A DNA stretch of 39,012 nt from Pseudomonadota bacterium. Its GTDB lineage: Bacteria; Pseudomonadota; Gammaproteobacteria; Steroidobacterales; Steroidobacteraceae. A program made the position numbers and the translations under genes. Under the pieces are notes generated by a model. The model saw nothing but the letters and a program-made list of their open reading frames with translations. It did not search any database and was not told the DNA's origin. Positions 9,243 through 19,286 of the stretch are shown piece after piece; the stretch's first letter is position 1; each line of letters starts with the position of its first letter. Location of the stretch: positions 1 through 39,012 of the forward strand of contig JAJXWE010000001.1 of assembly GCA_021781775.1 (NCBI GenBank), in the 5' to 3' direction.

Positions 9243-11927
9243 TTGAAACCCAATTACAAACTAACCTGTGCCATTGCCACCGTCCTGGGCACGACCCAAG
9301 TTCACCCCGCATTTGCAGCCAACCAATCCACGCAACCCGCCTCGGGTGGCCTGCAAACAATCGTGGTAACGGCCCAACGTCGCAGCGAGAATGTTCAGGA
9401 CGTGCCGATCACCATTCAGGCAATCTCCGGAACGCAGTTGAATCAGATGCACATCGCAAATCTGGACGAACTGCTGAAGCTGACGCCAAACGTCACCGTG
9501 TCGGAAAACGGACCCGGCCAGGGACAGATCTATATCCGCGGCCTCGCCGCCGACATGGGCGGCGGTCAGTCGAGCGCCACCATCAACCCATTCCCGAATG
9601 TGGCACTGTACCTGGACGACCAGTCGATGCAATTCCCGGGGCGCAACCTGGACGTCTATGCGGTTGACCTCCAGCGCATCGAAGTTCTCGAGGGACCTCA
9701 GGGGACTTTGTTCGGCGGCGGAGCCGAGGCGGGCGCGATCCGCTACATCACCAACAAGCCGGTGCTCGACAGGACCACAGGCAGCGCCGAAATGACCTAC
9801 GGCATTACCACGCACGGTGACCCCAATACCGCCGTCAGCGGCGTGCTGAACCTGCCGCTGTTGCGGGACAGGTTGGCCGCGCGGGTGGTCGTCTACAATG
9901 ACCGGCAGGGCGGCTACATCGACAACGTGCCGAGTACATTTACCCGCAGGGACAACCCCTATGCCGGCATTCCCGTCGAGTGCTCCGGCGGCGCGAGCCC
10001 GGTCGGTGGCAGCTGTCCGAGCGGCACCTCGCCCATTCTGTTTGCGCCGCCGAGCAACCAGAGTGCCAATAACGATGCCATCGCGCGAAACGCCTCGAAT
10101 CCGCTGACTTACACCGGCATGAGGCTCGAGGTGCTCGGCAAGATCAACGACGATTGGAATGTGCTGATCACCCAAAGCCAGCAGACGATGGAGAGCGAGG
10201 GCGACTTCACCCAGTTTCCGTTTGGTGCGGACGGCCAGGCGCTCGGACCCTGGCAGGACACCGTGTTCGTACCAGCCTTCAACAAGGACCGCTTCGAGAA
10301 CACCGCCTGGACGCTGAACGGCAAGATAGGCGCCTTGAGCCTCATTTATACCGGCAGCTACCTCGACCGGCACATCGACAATCAGGACGACTACACGAAT
10401 TACGCACGAAGTGCCGGCGGCTATTACTATCAGTGCACCGGTGTCAGCGGAGGTATGACCGGTCCCGGCAGCGGACCGCCGACCTGCTACTCGCCGGTGA
10501 GCTCGTGGCGCGATCAGGCGCGCAACACACATCTGAGCCAGGAAATGCGGCTCAGCACGCCGGACGACTGGCGTCTGCGGGGCATCGTCGGCGCCTACTA
10601 CGAAGATTTCCGCATCTATGACAACATGAATTACGACTACAAGACCATTCCGTCATGCACGCCGGTCAATCTGAGCACCGCCCTGGCCGGAGGTGCGCCG
10701 TGTGTTGCGAACGTGTCGACGCTGCCGAATACGACGGCCAATTATCCCGGTCCGCGCGGTGATAACACGGCTTTCGGGATGGACACGCAGCGTGGTTACA
10801 AGCAGGTGGCTTTCTTCGGCACCGTGAGTTATGACATCCTGCCGAAGGTGCTGACGGTCAGCGCCGGCACCCGTTTCTACCATTACACCGAGTTCGAGGT
10901 GGGCTCGGAGTACTGGACATCATCCGACTGCGTGAACATCCCCAATGGCCAGTGCGACGTCTCGACATCGGACGGCATCAACATAGATGCCGAAAACCTG
11001 CGCAAGGGATATCACGGGTTCCGGAGCAGCGCCAATATTGCCTGGCACGTCGATCCCCACCTGATGGTGTATTACACGTTTTCGCAGGGTTTTCGGCCGG
11101 GCGGCTTCAATCGCGGCTCGGGGAATGTGGCCAAGAATGCGAACGGCGTCTATCAGTTCGCCAAGCCGGTCAACTATTCGCCTGATACCCTGATCAACAA
11201 CGAGCTCGGTTGGAAGGGCGTGTTCCTGAATCATCGGTTGTTGTTTAACGGTTCCATATACCACATGATCTGGAACAACGTGCAGATGATCTTCTTTGAT
11301 CCGACGGCCCTCGGCAACACGGCGTTTGCCACCAATGGCCCGGATTACACCATCAATGGGGGGGAGCTGCAGCTCGAAGCGAGGCTTGCAAGAGGCCTGA
11401 CTGTCGCGGGAGCGGGAACGTACAATGATGCCAAGCAGGCCAACTCGCCGTGTCTCATCGCGAACAACCCGGCGCTGCCGAACGTCGGGCAGTGCATCAC
11501 GGAAGTGAAAGGCCAGCCCTTCAGCAATCCCTTCGGCGGCCTCGACAGCACGCCGGCCTTCTCGCCCAAGGTCCAGTTCAACCTGCGCGCCCGCTATGAC
11601 TGGACAGTCGGAGATTACGACGCGTATGTCATGGTGGGGGGCAACTACGTGGGCGGGCAGTGGAGCGAGCCTTCCACATACCCGGGAGCCACGGACCCCA
11701 GGTGCAACCCGATCCCGACCGGGACACGGTGTCGGTACTACCAGCCGTCCTACCACACGTTCTTCGCCGGGATCGGGGTGTCCAAAGGCAACTGGCACGT
11801 GGATCTCAACGGTACGAATCTCAACAATTCGGATGCCAGCGTGTTCACCAGCACGGCGCAGTTCATCAAGACGGAGGTGCCGCTGCGGCCGCGAGTGGTC
11901 AGCGTGACCGTCGGCTACAATTTCTGA
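9243..11927 (+). CDS. TonB-dependent receptor
   Basis: Probable TTG start at 9243 after GGGAGAG gives the signal peptide MKPNYKLTCAIATVLG...AFA; TonB box/plug TIVVTAQRRSENVQDVP, RIEVLEGPQGTLFG; C-terminal VGYNF. Confidence 0.93.
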   Translation: MKPNYKLTCAIATVLGTTQVHPAFAANQSTQPASGGLQTIVVTAQRRSENVQDVPITIQAISGTQLNQMHIANLDELLKLTPNVTVSENGPGQGQIYIRGLAADMGGGQSSATINPFPNVALYLDDQSMQFPGRNLDVYAVDLQRIEVLEGPQGTLFGGGAEAGAIRYITNKPVLDRTTGSAEMTYGITTHGDPNTAVSGVLNLPLLRDRLAARVVVYNDRQGGYIDNVPSTFTRRDNPYAGIPVECSGGASPVGGSCPSGTSPILFAPPSNQSANNDAIARNASNPLTYTGMRLEVLGKINDDWNVLITQSQQTMESEGDFTQFPFGADGQALGPWQDTVFVPAFNKDRFENTAWTLNGKIGALSLIYTGSYLDRHIDNQDDYTNYARSAGGYYYQCTGVSGGMTGPGSGPPTCYSPVSSWRDQARNTHLSQEMRLSTPDDWRLRGIVGAYYEDFRIYDNMNYDYKTIPSCTPVNLSTALAGGAPCVANVSTLPNTTANYPGPRGDNTAFGMDTQRGYKQVAFFGTVSYDILPKVLTVSAGTRFYHYTEFEVGSEYWTSSDCVNIPNGQCDVSTSDGINIDAENLRKGYHGFRSSANIAWHVDPHLMVYYTFSQGFRPGGFNRGSGNVAKNANGVYQFAKPVNYSPDTLINNELGWKGVFLNHRLLFNGSIYHMIWNNVQMIFFDPTALGNTAFATNGPDYTINGGELQLEARLARGLTVAGAGTYNDAKQANSPCLIANNPALPNVGQCITEVKGQPFSNPFGGLDSTPAFSPKVQFNLRARYDWTVGDYDAYVMVGGNYVGGQWSEPSTYPGATDPRCNPIPTGTRCRYYQPSYHTFFAGIGVSKGNWHVDLNGTNLNNSDASVFTSTAQFIKTEVPLRPRVVSVTVGYNF

Positions 11928-12000
11928 CCGGGCGCGGTTGGGAGAAGCTGGTGGGCAGAGGTGCGTGAGCCGGGGCCAGAGCGGCCGGGATAAAATGCCG

Positions 12001-12020
12001 GGCGGGCGAAGAGGCCCGCC
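12001..12020. repeat. intergenic GC hairpin (no U-tract)
   Basis: GGCGGGC-GAAGAG-GCCCGCC, a perfect 7-bp stem between the receptor and sulfotransferase genes. Confidence 0.45.
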
Positions 12021-12041
12021 GACTCGCCACATTGAGGTCTC

Positions 12042-14069
12042 GTGAACAGTATCGTGTCGCAACCCTTGTCTTCCGTCGAGGCGGAAGTCGGCCGGATTCG
12101 CGAGCTGCTCAATCAGCGGCAGCTGGAACCGGCACTCGCGGCCACCAAGGCTCTTGCCGCGCAGGTGCCCGAGAATCGGGACGTGCTTTACCTGCTTGCC
12201 CTGGCGCAGCGTCACCTGCAGCGGATCGAGGACGCGCTGGACACTCTTGAGCGGCTGGAGCGTCTGCACCCGCGGTTCAGCCGCATTTACCAGGAACGGG
12301 GCCATTGCTTCGTAGCGCAGCGTGATGCGTCAAGGGCCATCGACGCCTTTCTGCGGGCCGTCAACATCAACCCGGCGCTGCCCGCCAGCTGGAGCATGCT
12401 GGAGGGCCTGTATCGCATGACGGGTCAGGAGGACAACGCCCGCATGGCGGCCGGGCACGTCGAGACGCTGAAGGGTCTGCCGCCGGAGGTAGTCCGAGCG
12501 ACCTCGCTATTCTCCGACGGCGAACTGGCGGCGGCCGAGCAGATCACTCGTGCCTACCTGCTCGCGCACGGGGATCATATAGAGGCGATGCGGTTGCTTG
12601 CGCGGATCGGGATGGCAAGGGACGTGCTCGATGATGCCGAGATCCTTCTCGAGGCGGTGCTCGAGCGGGCGCCGGATTACCGGGCGGCTCGTCTTGACTA
12701 CGCACGGGTGCTGGTGGAGCGGCACAAGTATCCACGCGCCTGCGAGCAGCTCGAGCGGCTGCTCGAACTCGATCCTCCCAACAGGGAGTACCGGGTGTTG
12801 TACGCGACCGCCCGCGTTGGCCTCGGCCAGCACGAGCAGGCAATCAGCCTATACCGAGCGCTGCTCGCTGAGACGCCGGACTCGCCCGAGCTGCATCTGT
12901 CCGTGGCGCACGCGCTGAAGACGCTCGGACGCACGCCTGAGGCCATAGAGAGTTACCGCGCAGCGGCGCGCGCCCGGCCCAGCTACGGCGACGCCTATTG
13001 GAGCCTTGCCAATCTCAAGACCTACCGCTTCACGGACGAGGAGATCTCCTGCATGCGCGCCGAGGAGGCCTCTTCCGCCAGCTCGAACATCGACCGCTGC
13101 CACCTGTGCTTTGCTCTCGGCAAGGCGCTCGAGGATCGCGGCGAGTACGCCGAGTCCTTCGAATTCTATGCGCGCGGCAACGCGCTGAAACGCGCCGAGA
13201 GCCGCTACCGCGCCGAGATCATCGAGAACAACACCCGGCTGCAGATCGAGGTCTGTACGTCGGAGTTCTTCGCCGCGCGCGCGGGCAGCGGCGCGGCGAG
13301 CGAGGAGCCGATCTTCATCGTCGGACTGCCCCGCTCCGGCTCGACGCTCCTCGAGCAGATCCTGGCGTCGCATCCCCAGGTCGATGGCACTCAGGAGCTC
13401 GCCGAGGTGCCGCGTATCGTGCAGGATCTGCAGGGCCGCGATCCGGATCTAGACAACCCGCGTTATCCGGGCGGGCTGCGCGAGCTCGGGAACGAGCAGC
13501 TGCGGCGTCTCGGCGAGCGGTACCTTGCGGAGACGCGCGTCTACCGCGGCGACAGGCTGCGCTTCATGGACAAGATGCCGAACAATTTCCGGCATATCGG
13601 CCTGATCCACCTGATGCTGCCCAACGCGCGCATCATTGACGTGCGGCGGGAGCCCATGGCCTGCTGCTTCGGCAATCTCAAGCAGCTCTTCGCTTCGGGG
13701 CAGGAGTTCACCTACAGCATCGAGGACATCGCGCGTTACTACCGCACCTACCTCGATCTGATGGACCACTGGGACCGGGTGCTGCCCGGCAGGGTCCTGC
13801 GCGTGCATCACGAGGACGTGGTCGCGGATCTCGAAGTCAACGTCAGGCGGATCCTTGAGTTCTGCGGCCTACCGTTCGATCCGGCCTGCGTCGAGTTCCA
13901 CAAGACCGAGCGCAGCGTTCGCACCGCGAGCTCCGAGCAGGTCCGCCGGCCGATCTACCGCGAGGGGCTCGAGCAGTGGAAGCGATACGAGCCCTGGCTC
14001 GCGCCGCTGCGCGAGGCGCTCGGGGACGCGCTCTGGCGTTATCGCCCGGCGGGACCCACGGCGCAGTGA
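12042..14069 (+). CDS. TPR-repeat sulfotransferase family protein
   Basis: Multiple TPR-like helical repeats, then 5'-PAPS loop IFIVGLPRSGSTLLEQIL, DKMP, VRTASSEQVRRPIY. Confidence 0.92.
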   Translation: MNSIVSQPLSSVEAEVGRIRELLNQRQLEPALAATKALAAQVPENRDVLYLLALAQRHLQRIEDALDTLERLERLHPRFSRIYQERGHCFVAQRDASRAIDAFLRAVNINPALPASWSMLEGLYRMTGQEDNARMAAGHVETLKGLPPEVVRATSLFSDGELAAAEQITRAYLLAHGDHIEAMRLLARIGMARDVLDDAEILLEAVLERAPDYRAARLDYARVLVERHKYPRACEQLERLLELDPPNREYRVLYATARVGLGQHEQAISLYRALLAETPDSPELHLSVAHALKTLGRTPEAIESYRAAARARPSYGDAYWSLANLKTYRFTDEEISCMRAEEASSASSNIDRCHLCFALGKALEDRGEYAESFEFYARGNALKRAESRYRAEIIENNTRLQIEVCTSEFFAARAGSGAASEEPIFIVGLPRSGSTLLEQILASHPQVDGTQELAEVPRIVQDLQGRDPDLDNPRYPGGLRELGNEQLRRLGERYLAETRVYRGDRLRFMDKMPNNFRHIGLIHLMLPNARIIDVRREPMACCFGNLKQLFASGQEFTYSIEDIARYYRTYLDLMDHWDRVLPGRVLRVHHEDVVADLEVNVRRILEFCGLPFDPACVEFHKTERSVRTASSEQVRRPIYREGLEQWKRYEPWLAPLREALGDALWRYRPAGPTAQ

Positions 14070-14070
14070 C

Positions 14071-15633
14071 ATGACGGCATCAGATCCTTCTCCATCCGGT
14101 GCTTCTCCCGCCGGCCCGCTCGAGGCGCGCTTCGACCTGCTGGTCGTGGGCGGCGGGATCAACGGCGCCGGGATCGCGCGCGATGCGGCCGGCAGGGGAC
14201 TGCGGGTGTGCCTTGTCGAGCAATCGGACCTGTCTTCGTTCACTTCCTCGGCGAGCACCAAGCTCATCCACGGCGGACTGCGCTATCTCGAATACGGCGA
14301 GTTCCGCCTGGTGCGCGAAGCGCTGGCCGAGCGGGAGCGTTTGCTCGCCATCGCCCCTCATCTCGTGCATCCGCTGCGCTTCGTGCTGCCGCACGCGCCC
14401 ACTCTGCGGCCGCGCTGGCAGATGCGCGCCGGCCTGTTTCTCTACGACCACCTGGGCGGCCACCGCCGGCTGCCGGGGTCGCGCTCGGTGGACCTGCGGC
14501 GCGCGCTCGCGGGCCGGGCGCTCAAGGCGGACTTTCGGCGCGGCTTCGCCTATTCCGACTGCCGCGTCGATGACAGTCGCCTCGTCGTCGCCAATGCGCG
14601 CGACGCGGCCGACCGCGGCGCGGTGATCCTCCCGCGTACCCGCCTGGTGACGGCGCGCGCCGCACACGACGGCTGGCGCGTGGAGTGCCGGAACCTCACG
14701 AGCGGCGAGAGCGTCCCACTGCGGGCCACGGCGGTGGTCAATGCCGCGGGCCCGTGGGTCAACGAGGTTCGGGAGGCATTCGGCCTGCAGGCCGCCGAGC
14801 CGATCCGGCTGGTGCGGGGTAGCCACCTCGTCCTACCGCGGCTGTTCGAGGGCGACCATGCGTACATCCTGCAGAATCCGGACCATCGCATCGTGTTCGC
14901 CATCCCATTCCAGGACGACTTCACCCTGGTCGGCACCACCGACGTGCCGCACACCGGCTCGCTCGAGAGCGTGGCCATCACGGCCGAGGAAATCGCCTAC
15001 CTCTGCGAGAGTATCAACCGCTACTTCAAACAGCCGATCCGTCCGCACAATGTGCTGTGGAGCTACTCGGGCGTGCGCGCGCTGCGCGACGACGGCGCGG
15101 CGGACGCCTCCGCCGTGACTCGGGACTACGAGCTGCTGCTGGAGCGGGCCGCTCAGGGCGCACCCCTGCTGTCCGTGCTCGGCGGCAAGATCACCACCTA
15201 CCGCAGGCTGGCGGAGGCGGCGCTCGCACTGCTGCAGCCGGTGATCGGCGGTGCGGCAACGCCCTGGACCGCCTCCGCCGCGCTGCCCGGCGGAGACATG
15301 CCGGGCGCCAACTTCGCGGAGTTCGCCGAGGAGGCGACCCGGCGCTGGCCATTCCTCGAACCACGACACCTGCGCAGGCTGGTGTGCGCGTACGGCACGC
15401 GCGTGGAGCGAGTGCTGCACGGGGCGCGCACGGCTGCGGACCTCGGCGAGCCTCTGGGCGCGGATCTCACCGCGGCAGAAGTCGACCACCTGCGGCGCGA
15501 GGAATGGGTCGTCACCTCGCAGGACATCCTGTGGCGCCGCAGCAAGCTCGGACTGCGCTTGACGGCGGACGAGCTGGAACGGCTCGATCGGTACCTGCAG
15601 GCCGAATCCCCACTGCGGAGAGCATACTCATGA
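14071..15633 (+). CDS. glpD: glycerol-3-phosphate dehydrogenase
   Basis: ATG 1 nt after the upstream stop; [59 protein letters not shown]. Confidence 0.96.
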   Translation: MTASDPSPSGASPAGPLEARFDLLVVGGGINGAGIARDAAGRGLRVCLVEQSDLSSFTSSASTKLIHGGLRYLEYGEFRLVREALAERERLLAIAPHLVHPLRFVLPHAPTLRPRWQMRAGLFLYDHLGGHRRLPGSRSVDLRRALAGRALKADFRRGFAYSDCRVDDSRLVVANARDAADRGAVILPRTRLVTARAAHDGWRVECRNLTSGESVPLRATAVVNAAGPWVNEVREAFGLQAAEPIRLVRGSHLVLPRLFEGDHAYILQNPDHRIVFAIPFQDDFTLVGTTDVPHTGSLESVAITAEEIAYLCESINRYFKQPIRPHNVLWSYSGVRALRDDGAADASAVTRDYELLLERAAQGAPLLSVLGGKITTYRRLAEAALALLQPVIGGAATPWTASAALPGGDMPGANFAEFAEEATRRWPFLEPRHLRRLVCAYGTRVERVLHGARTAADLGEPLGADLTAAEVDHLRREEWVVTSQDILWRRSKLGLRLTADELERLDRYLQAESPLRRAYS

Positions 15634-17144
15634 CTCCCGTGACCCATGGCAAGTACGTCGGCGCGATCGATCAAGGCACCACCAGCACGCGCTTCATGGT
15701 GTTTGGACACCAGGGAGAGGTGCTTGCGAGCGCCCAGCTCGAGCATCGCCAGATCTACCCGCAGCCTGGCTGGGTAGAGCACGATCCGTTCGAGATCTGG
15801 ACCAACACGCGGCAGGTCATCGAGACGGCGCTCGACCAGGCCGGCCTGGGCGCCCGGAACCTCGTGGCGGTGGGCATCACCAACCAGCGCGAGACCACGC
15901 TGCTCTGGGACCGGCGCAGCGGCAAGCCGCTGCACAACGCTCTCGTCTGGCAGGACACCCGGGTCGCCGGCGAGGTCGCCGCCCTGGCGAGCGCGAGCGG
16001 CCTGGACCGGTTCCGCGGCAAGACCGGGCTGCCGCTCGCAACCTACTTCAGCGCACTGAAGCTCAAGCGACTGCTCGATGACGTCCCGCATGGGCGCGAA
16101 CTCGCCGAAGCGGGCGATGCCCTGTTCGGCACCATCGATTCGTGGCTGCTGTGGAACCTCACCGGTGGAACGCAGGGCGGCGTGCACGTCACGGACGTGA
16201 CCAACGCCAGCCGCACCCAGCTCATGAATCTCGCGACGCTGGCGTGGGACGACGAGCTGCTCTCGGCGTTCGGGGTGCCGCGCACCTGCCTGCCCCGCAT
16301 CGCTTCCTCGAGCGAAGTCTACGGGGAGTGTCGGCTGCCGGCGCTCTCCGGCGTGCCGATCGCCGGGGATCTCGGCGATCAGCAGGCCGCCCTCGTCGGC
16401 CAGACGTGCCTGCGGCGCGGCGATGCCAAGAACACCTACGGCACCGGCTGTTTCCTGTTGATGAACACTGGCGAACAGCCGGTGGCTTCGCGGTCGGGCC
16501 TGATTACGACGGTGGCCTACCAGTTCGGACGGGAGCGTCCCTGCTATGCGCTCGAGGGCTCGGTGGCGGTGGCTGGCGCCCTGGTGCAATGGCTGCGGGA
16601 CCGCCTGGGCATCATCAAGAGCAGCGCGGACATCGAGTCGCTCGCCCAGGAGGTCGAGGACAATGGCGATGTTTATTTCGTACCCTCCTTCTCCGGGTTG
16701 TTCGCGCCGCATTGGCGCTCCGACGCCCGCGGCGTCATCGCGGGACTCACCGGTTACGCGAGCCGCGCGCACCTGGCGCGCGCCGCGCTCGAGGCCACCG
16801 CCTATCAGACGCGCGACGTGCTCGAGGCGATGGAGAAGGACTCGGGCACTGCGCTCACCGAGCTGCGCGTCGATGGAGGCATGGTGGTGAACGAGCTGCT
16901 GATGCAGTTCCAGGCCGACCTTCTCGATGTCGGCGTGGTGCGTCCCCAGGTTACCGAGACCACGGCGCTCGGCGCCGCGTACGCGGCAGGCCTCGCCACG
17001 GGCTACTGGAAGAGTCGCGATGACCTGATCGCGAACTGGCAAGTCGATCGGCGCTGGCGCCCAGCCATGGGCGCCGAGCAGCGCGCACACCTGTATCACT
17101 CCTGGCAGAAGGCGCTCGAGCGCTCGCTGGGTTGGATTGACTGA
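15630..17144 (+). CDS. glpK: glycerol kinase
   Basis: ATGA overlap with glp[51 protein letters not shown]. Confidence 0.97.
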   Translation: MTPVTHGKYVGAIDQGTTSTRFMVFGHQGEVLASAQLEHRQIYPQPGWVEHDPFEIWTNTRQVIETALDQAGLGARNLVAVGITNQRETTLLWDRRSGKPLHNALVWQDTRVAGEVAALASASGLDRFRGKTGLPLATYFSALKLKRLLDDVPHGRELAEAGDALFGTIDSWLLWNLTGGTQGGVHVTDVTNASRTQLMNLATLAWDDELLSAFGVPRTCLPRIASSSEVYGECRLPALSGVPIAGDLGDQQAALVGQTCLRRGDAKNTYGTGCFLLMNTGEQPVASRSGLITTVAYQFGRERPCYALEGSVAVAGALVQWLRDRLGIIKSSADIESLAQEVEDNGDVYFVPSFSGLFAPHWRSDARGVIAGLTGYASRAHLARAALEATAYQTRDVLEAMEKDSGTALTELRVDGGMVVNELLMQFQADLLDVGVVRPQVTETTALGAAYAAGLATGYWKSRDDLIANWQVDRRWRPAMGAEQRAHLYHSWQKALERSLGWID

Positions 17145-17162
17145 CACGACGAGGGGATCGAG

Positions 17163-17888
17163 ATGGGAAGCGGGTTCTGGGGCGAGTTTGTCGGCACGGC
17201 GGTGCTCATCCTGCTGGGTAACGGCGTGGTCGCCTGCGTGGCGCTCGACAAGTCATTCGGCCACGGTGGCGGGTGGATCGTCATCACGGCAGGCTGGTGT
17301 TTCGCGGTCATGGCCGGGGTCCTCACGGCCCTCGCCCTGGGCGCGCCGGCCTACCTCAATCCCGCGGTCGCCATCGGGATCGCCGTGGCCACGGGCAAGT
17401 GGAGCGGCATACCGGGATATGTCCTTGCGGAGCTGCTTGGTGCGATGGCGGGCGCCACGCTCGTGTGGCTGCATTACCTGCATCACTGGGGGGTGACCCC
17501 CGATGCGGCCGCCAAGCGTGCCTGCTTCTGCACCGCGCCGGCCATCTCGCATCTCCCGGCGAACCTGCTCAGCGAAATCATCGGCACTTTCGTGCTGGTG
17601 CTGGTGGCCGCGGCGATCGGCTCCGCGCGGCTGGCCCCGCACGGCCTGCCGGCGGGCCTGGGCCCGGTCGTAGTGGCGTTCCTGGTGTGGGCCATCGGCC
17701 TGTCCCTCGGCGGCCCTACGGGGTACGCCATCAACCCCGCGCGGGACCTGGGGCCGCGCATCATGCACGCCGTGCTTCCCGTCGCGGGCAAGGGCAGCTC
17801 CGAGTGGGGCTACGCGCCGGTACCGGTGATCGGCCCGGTCGTTGGTGCCACGCTCGCGGGTTTGTGCGTACACCTATTGTCGATATGA
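17163..17888 (+). CDS. glpF: glycerol uptake facilitator (MIP family)
   Basis: EFVGT, two NPA boxes (YLNPAV, GYAINPARDLGPR); follows glpK. Confidence 0.94.
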   Translation: MGSGFWGEFVGTAVLILLGNGVVACVALDKSFGHGGGWIVITAGWCFAVMAGVLTALALGAPAYLNPAVAIGIAVATGKWSGIPGYVLAELLGAMAGATLVWLHYLHHWGVTPDAAAKRACFCTAPAISHLPANLLSEIIGTFVLVLVAAAIGSARLAPHGLPAGLGPVVVAFLVWAIGLSLGGPTGYAINPARDLGPRIMHAVLPVAGKGSSEWGYAPVPVIGPVVGATLAGLCVHLLSI

Positions 17889-17906
17889 CAGCCCTGGAGA
17901 CCTCGC

Positions 17907-19277
17907 ATGCAGCAAGAATCACTCCAACTTGATGCCGCCGCGGTCCGCGGGATGTTCGACGAACGGCACATCGAGCGCGCGAAAGTCGGTGTGTTCGATA
18001 TCGACGGGATCCTGCGCGGCAAGTACATGGGGCGCGAGAAGTTCCTGTCCGCGCTCGAGAAGGGATTCGGGTTCTGCGACGTGGTGCTGGGGTGGGACTC
18101 CAACGACCAGCTCTGCGACAACGTGCGCTTCACCGGCTGGCACACGGCGTTCCCCGATGCCACCGCGCGCATCTTGCCGGCGACATGCCGCAACATTCCC
18201 TTCGAGCCGGACACCCCGCTTTTCCTCGCGGAGTTCTCCGGTGCCGCCGAGGCGATTTGCCCGCGCGGCACCCTGCGGCGGGTGCTAGACCGGGCCGCGC
18301 GCCTTGGCTACAGCACGCACGCCGCGGTCGAGTACGAGTTCTTCCTTTTTAAGGAAACGCCCGAGTCAGTGCGCAACAAAGGCTACCGCGATCTGCAGAC
18401 ACTCACGCCGGGCAACTTCGGGTACTCGGTGCTACGCAACTCGGTGCACGCGGAGTTCTACCAGGCGCTGCTCGATCTCGCCTCCGCCATGCGTATGCCT
18501 ATCGAGAGTCTGCACACCGAGACCGGTCCCGGGGTGCTCGAAGCCGCCCTCGCATACTGTGGGGCGCTCGAGGCGGCGGACCGCGCGGCGTTGTTCAAGA
18601 CCTTCGCGAAAGTGCTGGCGCAACGCCACGGCCTGATGGCGACCTTCATGGCCAAGTGGTCGAACCGTTATCCCGGCCAGAGCGGACACCTGCACCTGTC
18701 GCTGCAGCGCGCCGACGGTGCGCCGGTCTTTCACGATCCGGCCCGGCCGCACGAGATATCAGACGAGATGCGCTGGTTCATCGGCGGACAGCAGGCGCTC
18801 ATGCCGGAGTGCCTGGCGATGGTCGCCTGCACCGTCAACAGCTACTCGCGCCTCGTCCCCGGTTACTGGGCGCCGACCTCGGCGACCTGGGGCGTGGAGA
18901 ATCGCACCACGGCGCTGCGCGTCATCCGCGGGGGTGCCTCCAGCCAGCGCGTGGAGTATCGCATTGCGGCCGCCGACATCAATCCCTACCTGGCGCTCGC
19001 CGCGGCCATCGGCACCGGTCTGTGGGGCATCGAGCACCGCATCGAGCCCGATGCGCCGATGGTGGGCAATGCCTATGACCGTGAGCATCCGCCGCACCGC
19101 CGGCTGCCGGCGACGCTGGAGGAGGCGGCCGAGCGGCTGCTCTCATCCGAGGCAGCGCGCGAGCTGTTCGGGAACGCCTTCGTCGAGCACTTCGCCGCCA
19201 CCCGGCAATGGGAGGAGCGGGAATTTCGCAAGGCGATCACGGATTGGGAGTTGTCCCGTTACTTCGAGATCATTTGA
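17907..19277 (+). CDS. glutamine synthetase-like gamma-glutamyl-amine ligase (probably ethanolamine)
   Basis: DIDGILRGK, EYEFFLF, HTETGPGVLE, GQSGHLHLS, WGVENRT, RVEYR; context of ALDH, ADH, amidotransferase and ethanolamine permease. Confidence 0.88.
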   Translation: MQQESLQLDAAAVRGMFDERHIERAKVGVFDIDGILRGKYMGREKFLSALEKGFGFCDVVLGWDSNDQLCDNVRFTGWHTAFPDATARILPATCRNIPFEPDTPLFLAEFSGAAEAICPRGTLRRVLDRAARLGYSTHAAVEYEFFLFKETPESVRNKGYRDLQTLTPGNFGYSVLRNSVHAEFYQALLDLASAMRMPIESLHTETGPGVLEAALAYCGALEAADRAALFKTFAKVLAQRHGLMATFMAKWSNRYPGQSGHLHLSLQRADGAPVFHDPARPHEISDEMRWFIGGQQALMPECLAMVACTVNSYSRLVPGYWAPTSATWGVENRTTALRVIRGGASSQRVEYRIAAADINPYLALAAAIGTGLWGIEHRIEPDAPMVGNAYDREHPPHRRLPATLEEAAERLLSSEAARELFGNAFVEHFAATRQWEEREFRKAITDWELSRYFEII

Positions 19278-19286
19278 GAGTCCCTC

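Noticed and set aside
9195..9667. SD-like GGGAGG plus ATG 9209 ORF overlapping the receptor start (possible leader or sulfotransferase substrate peptide)
   Set aside because: It runs 152 codons out of frame inside the receptor with shadow-like composition; there is no support for translation
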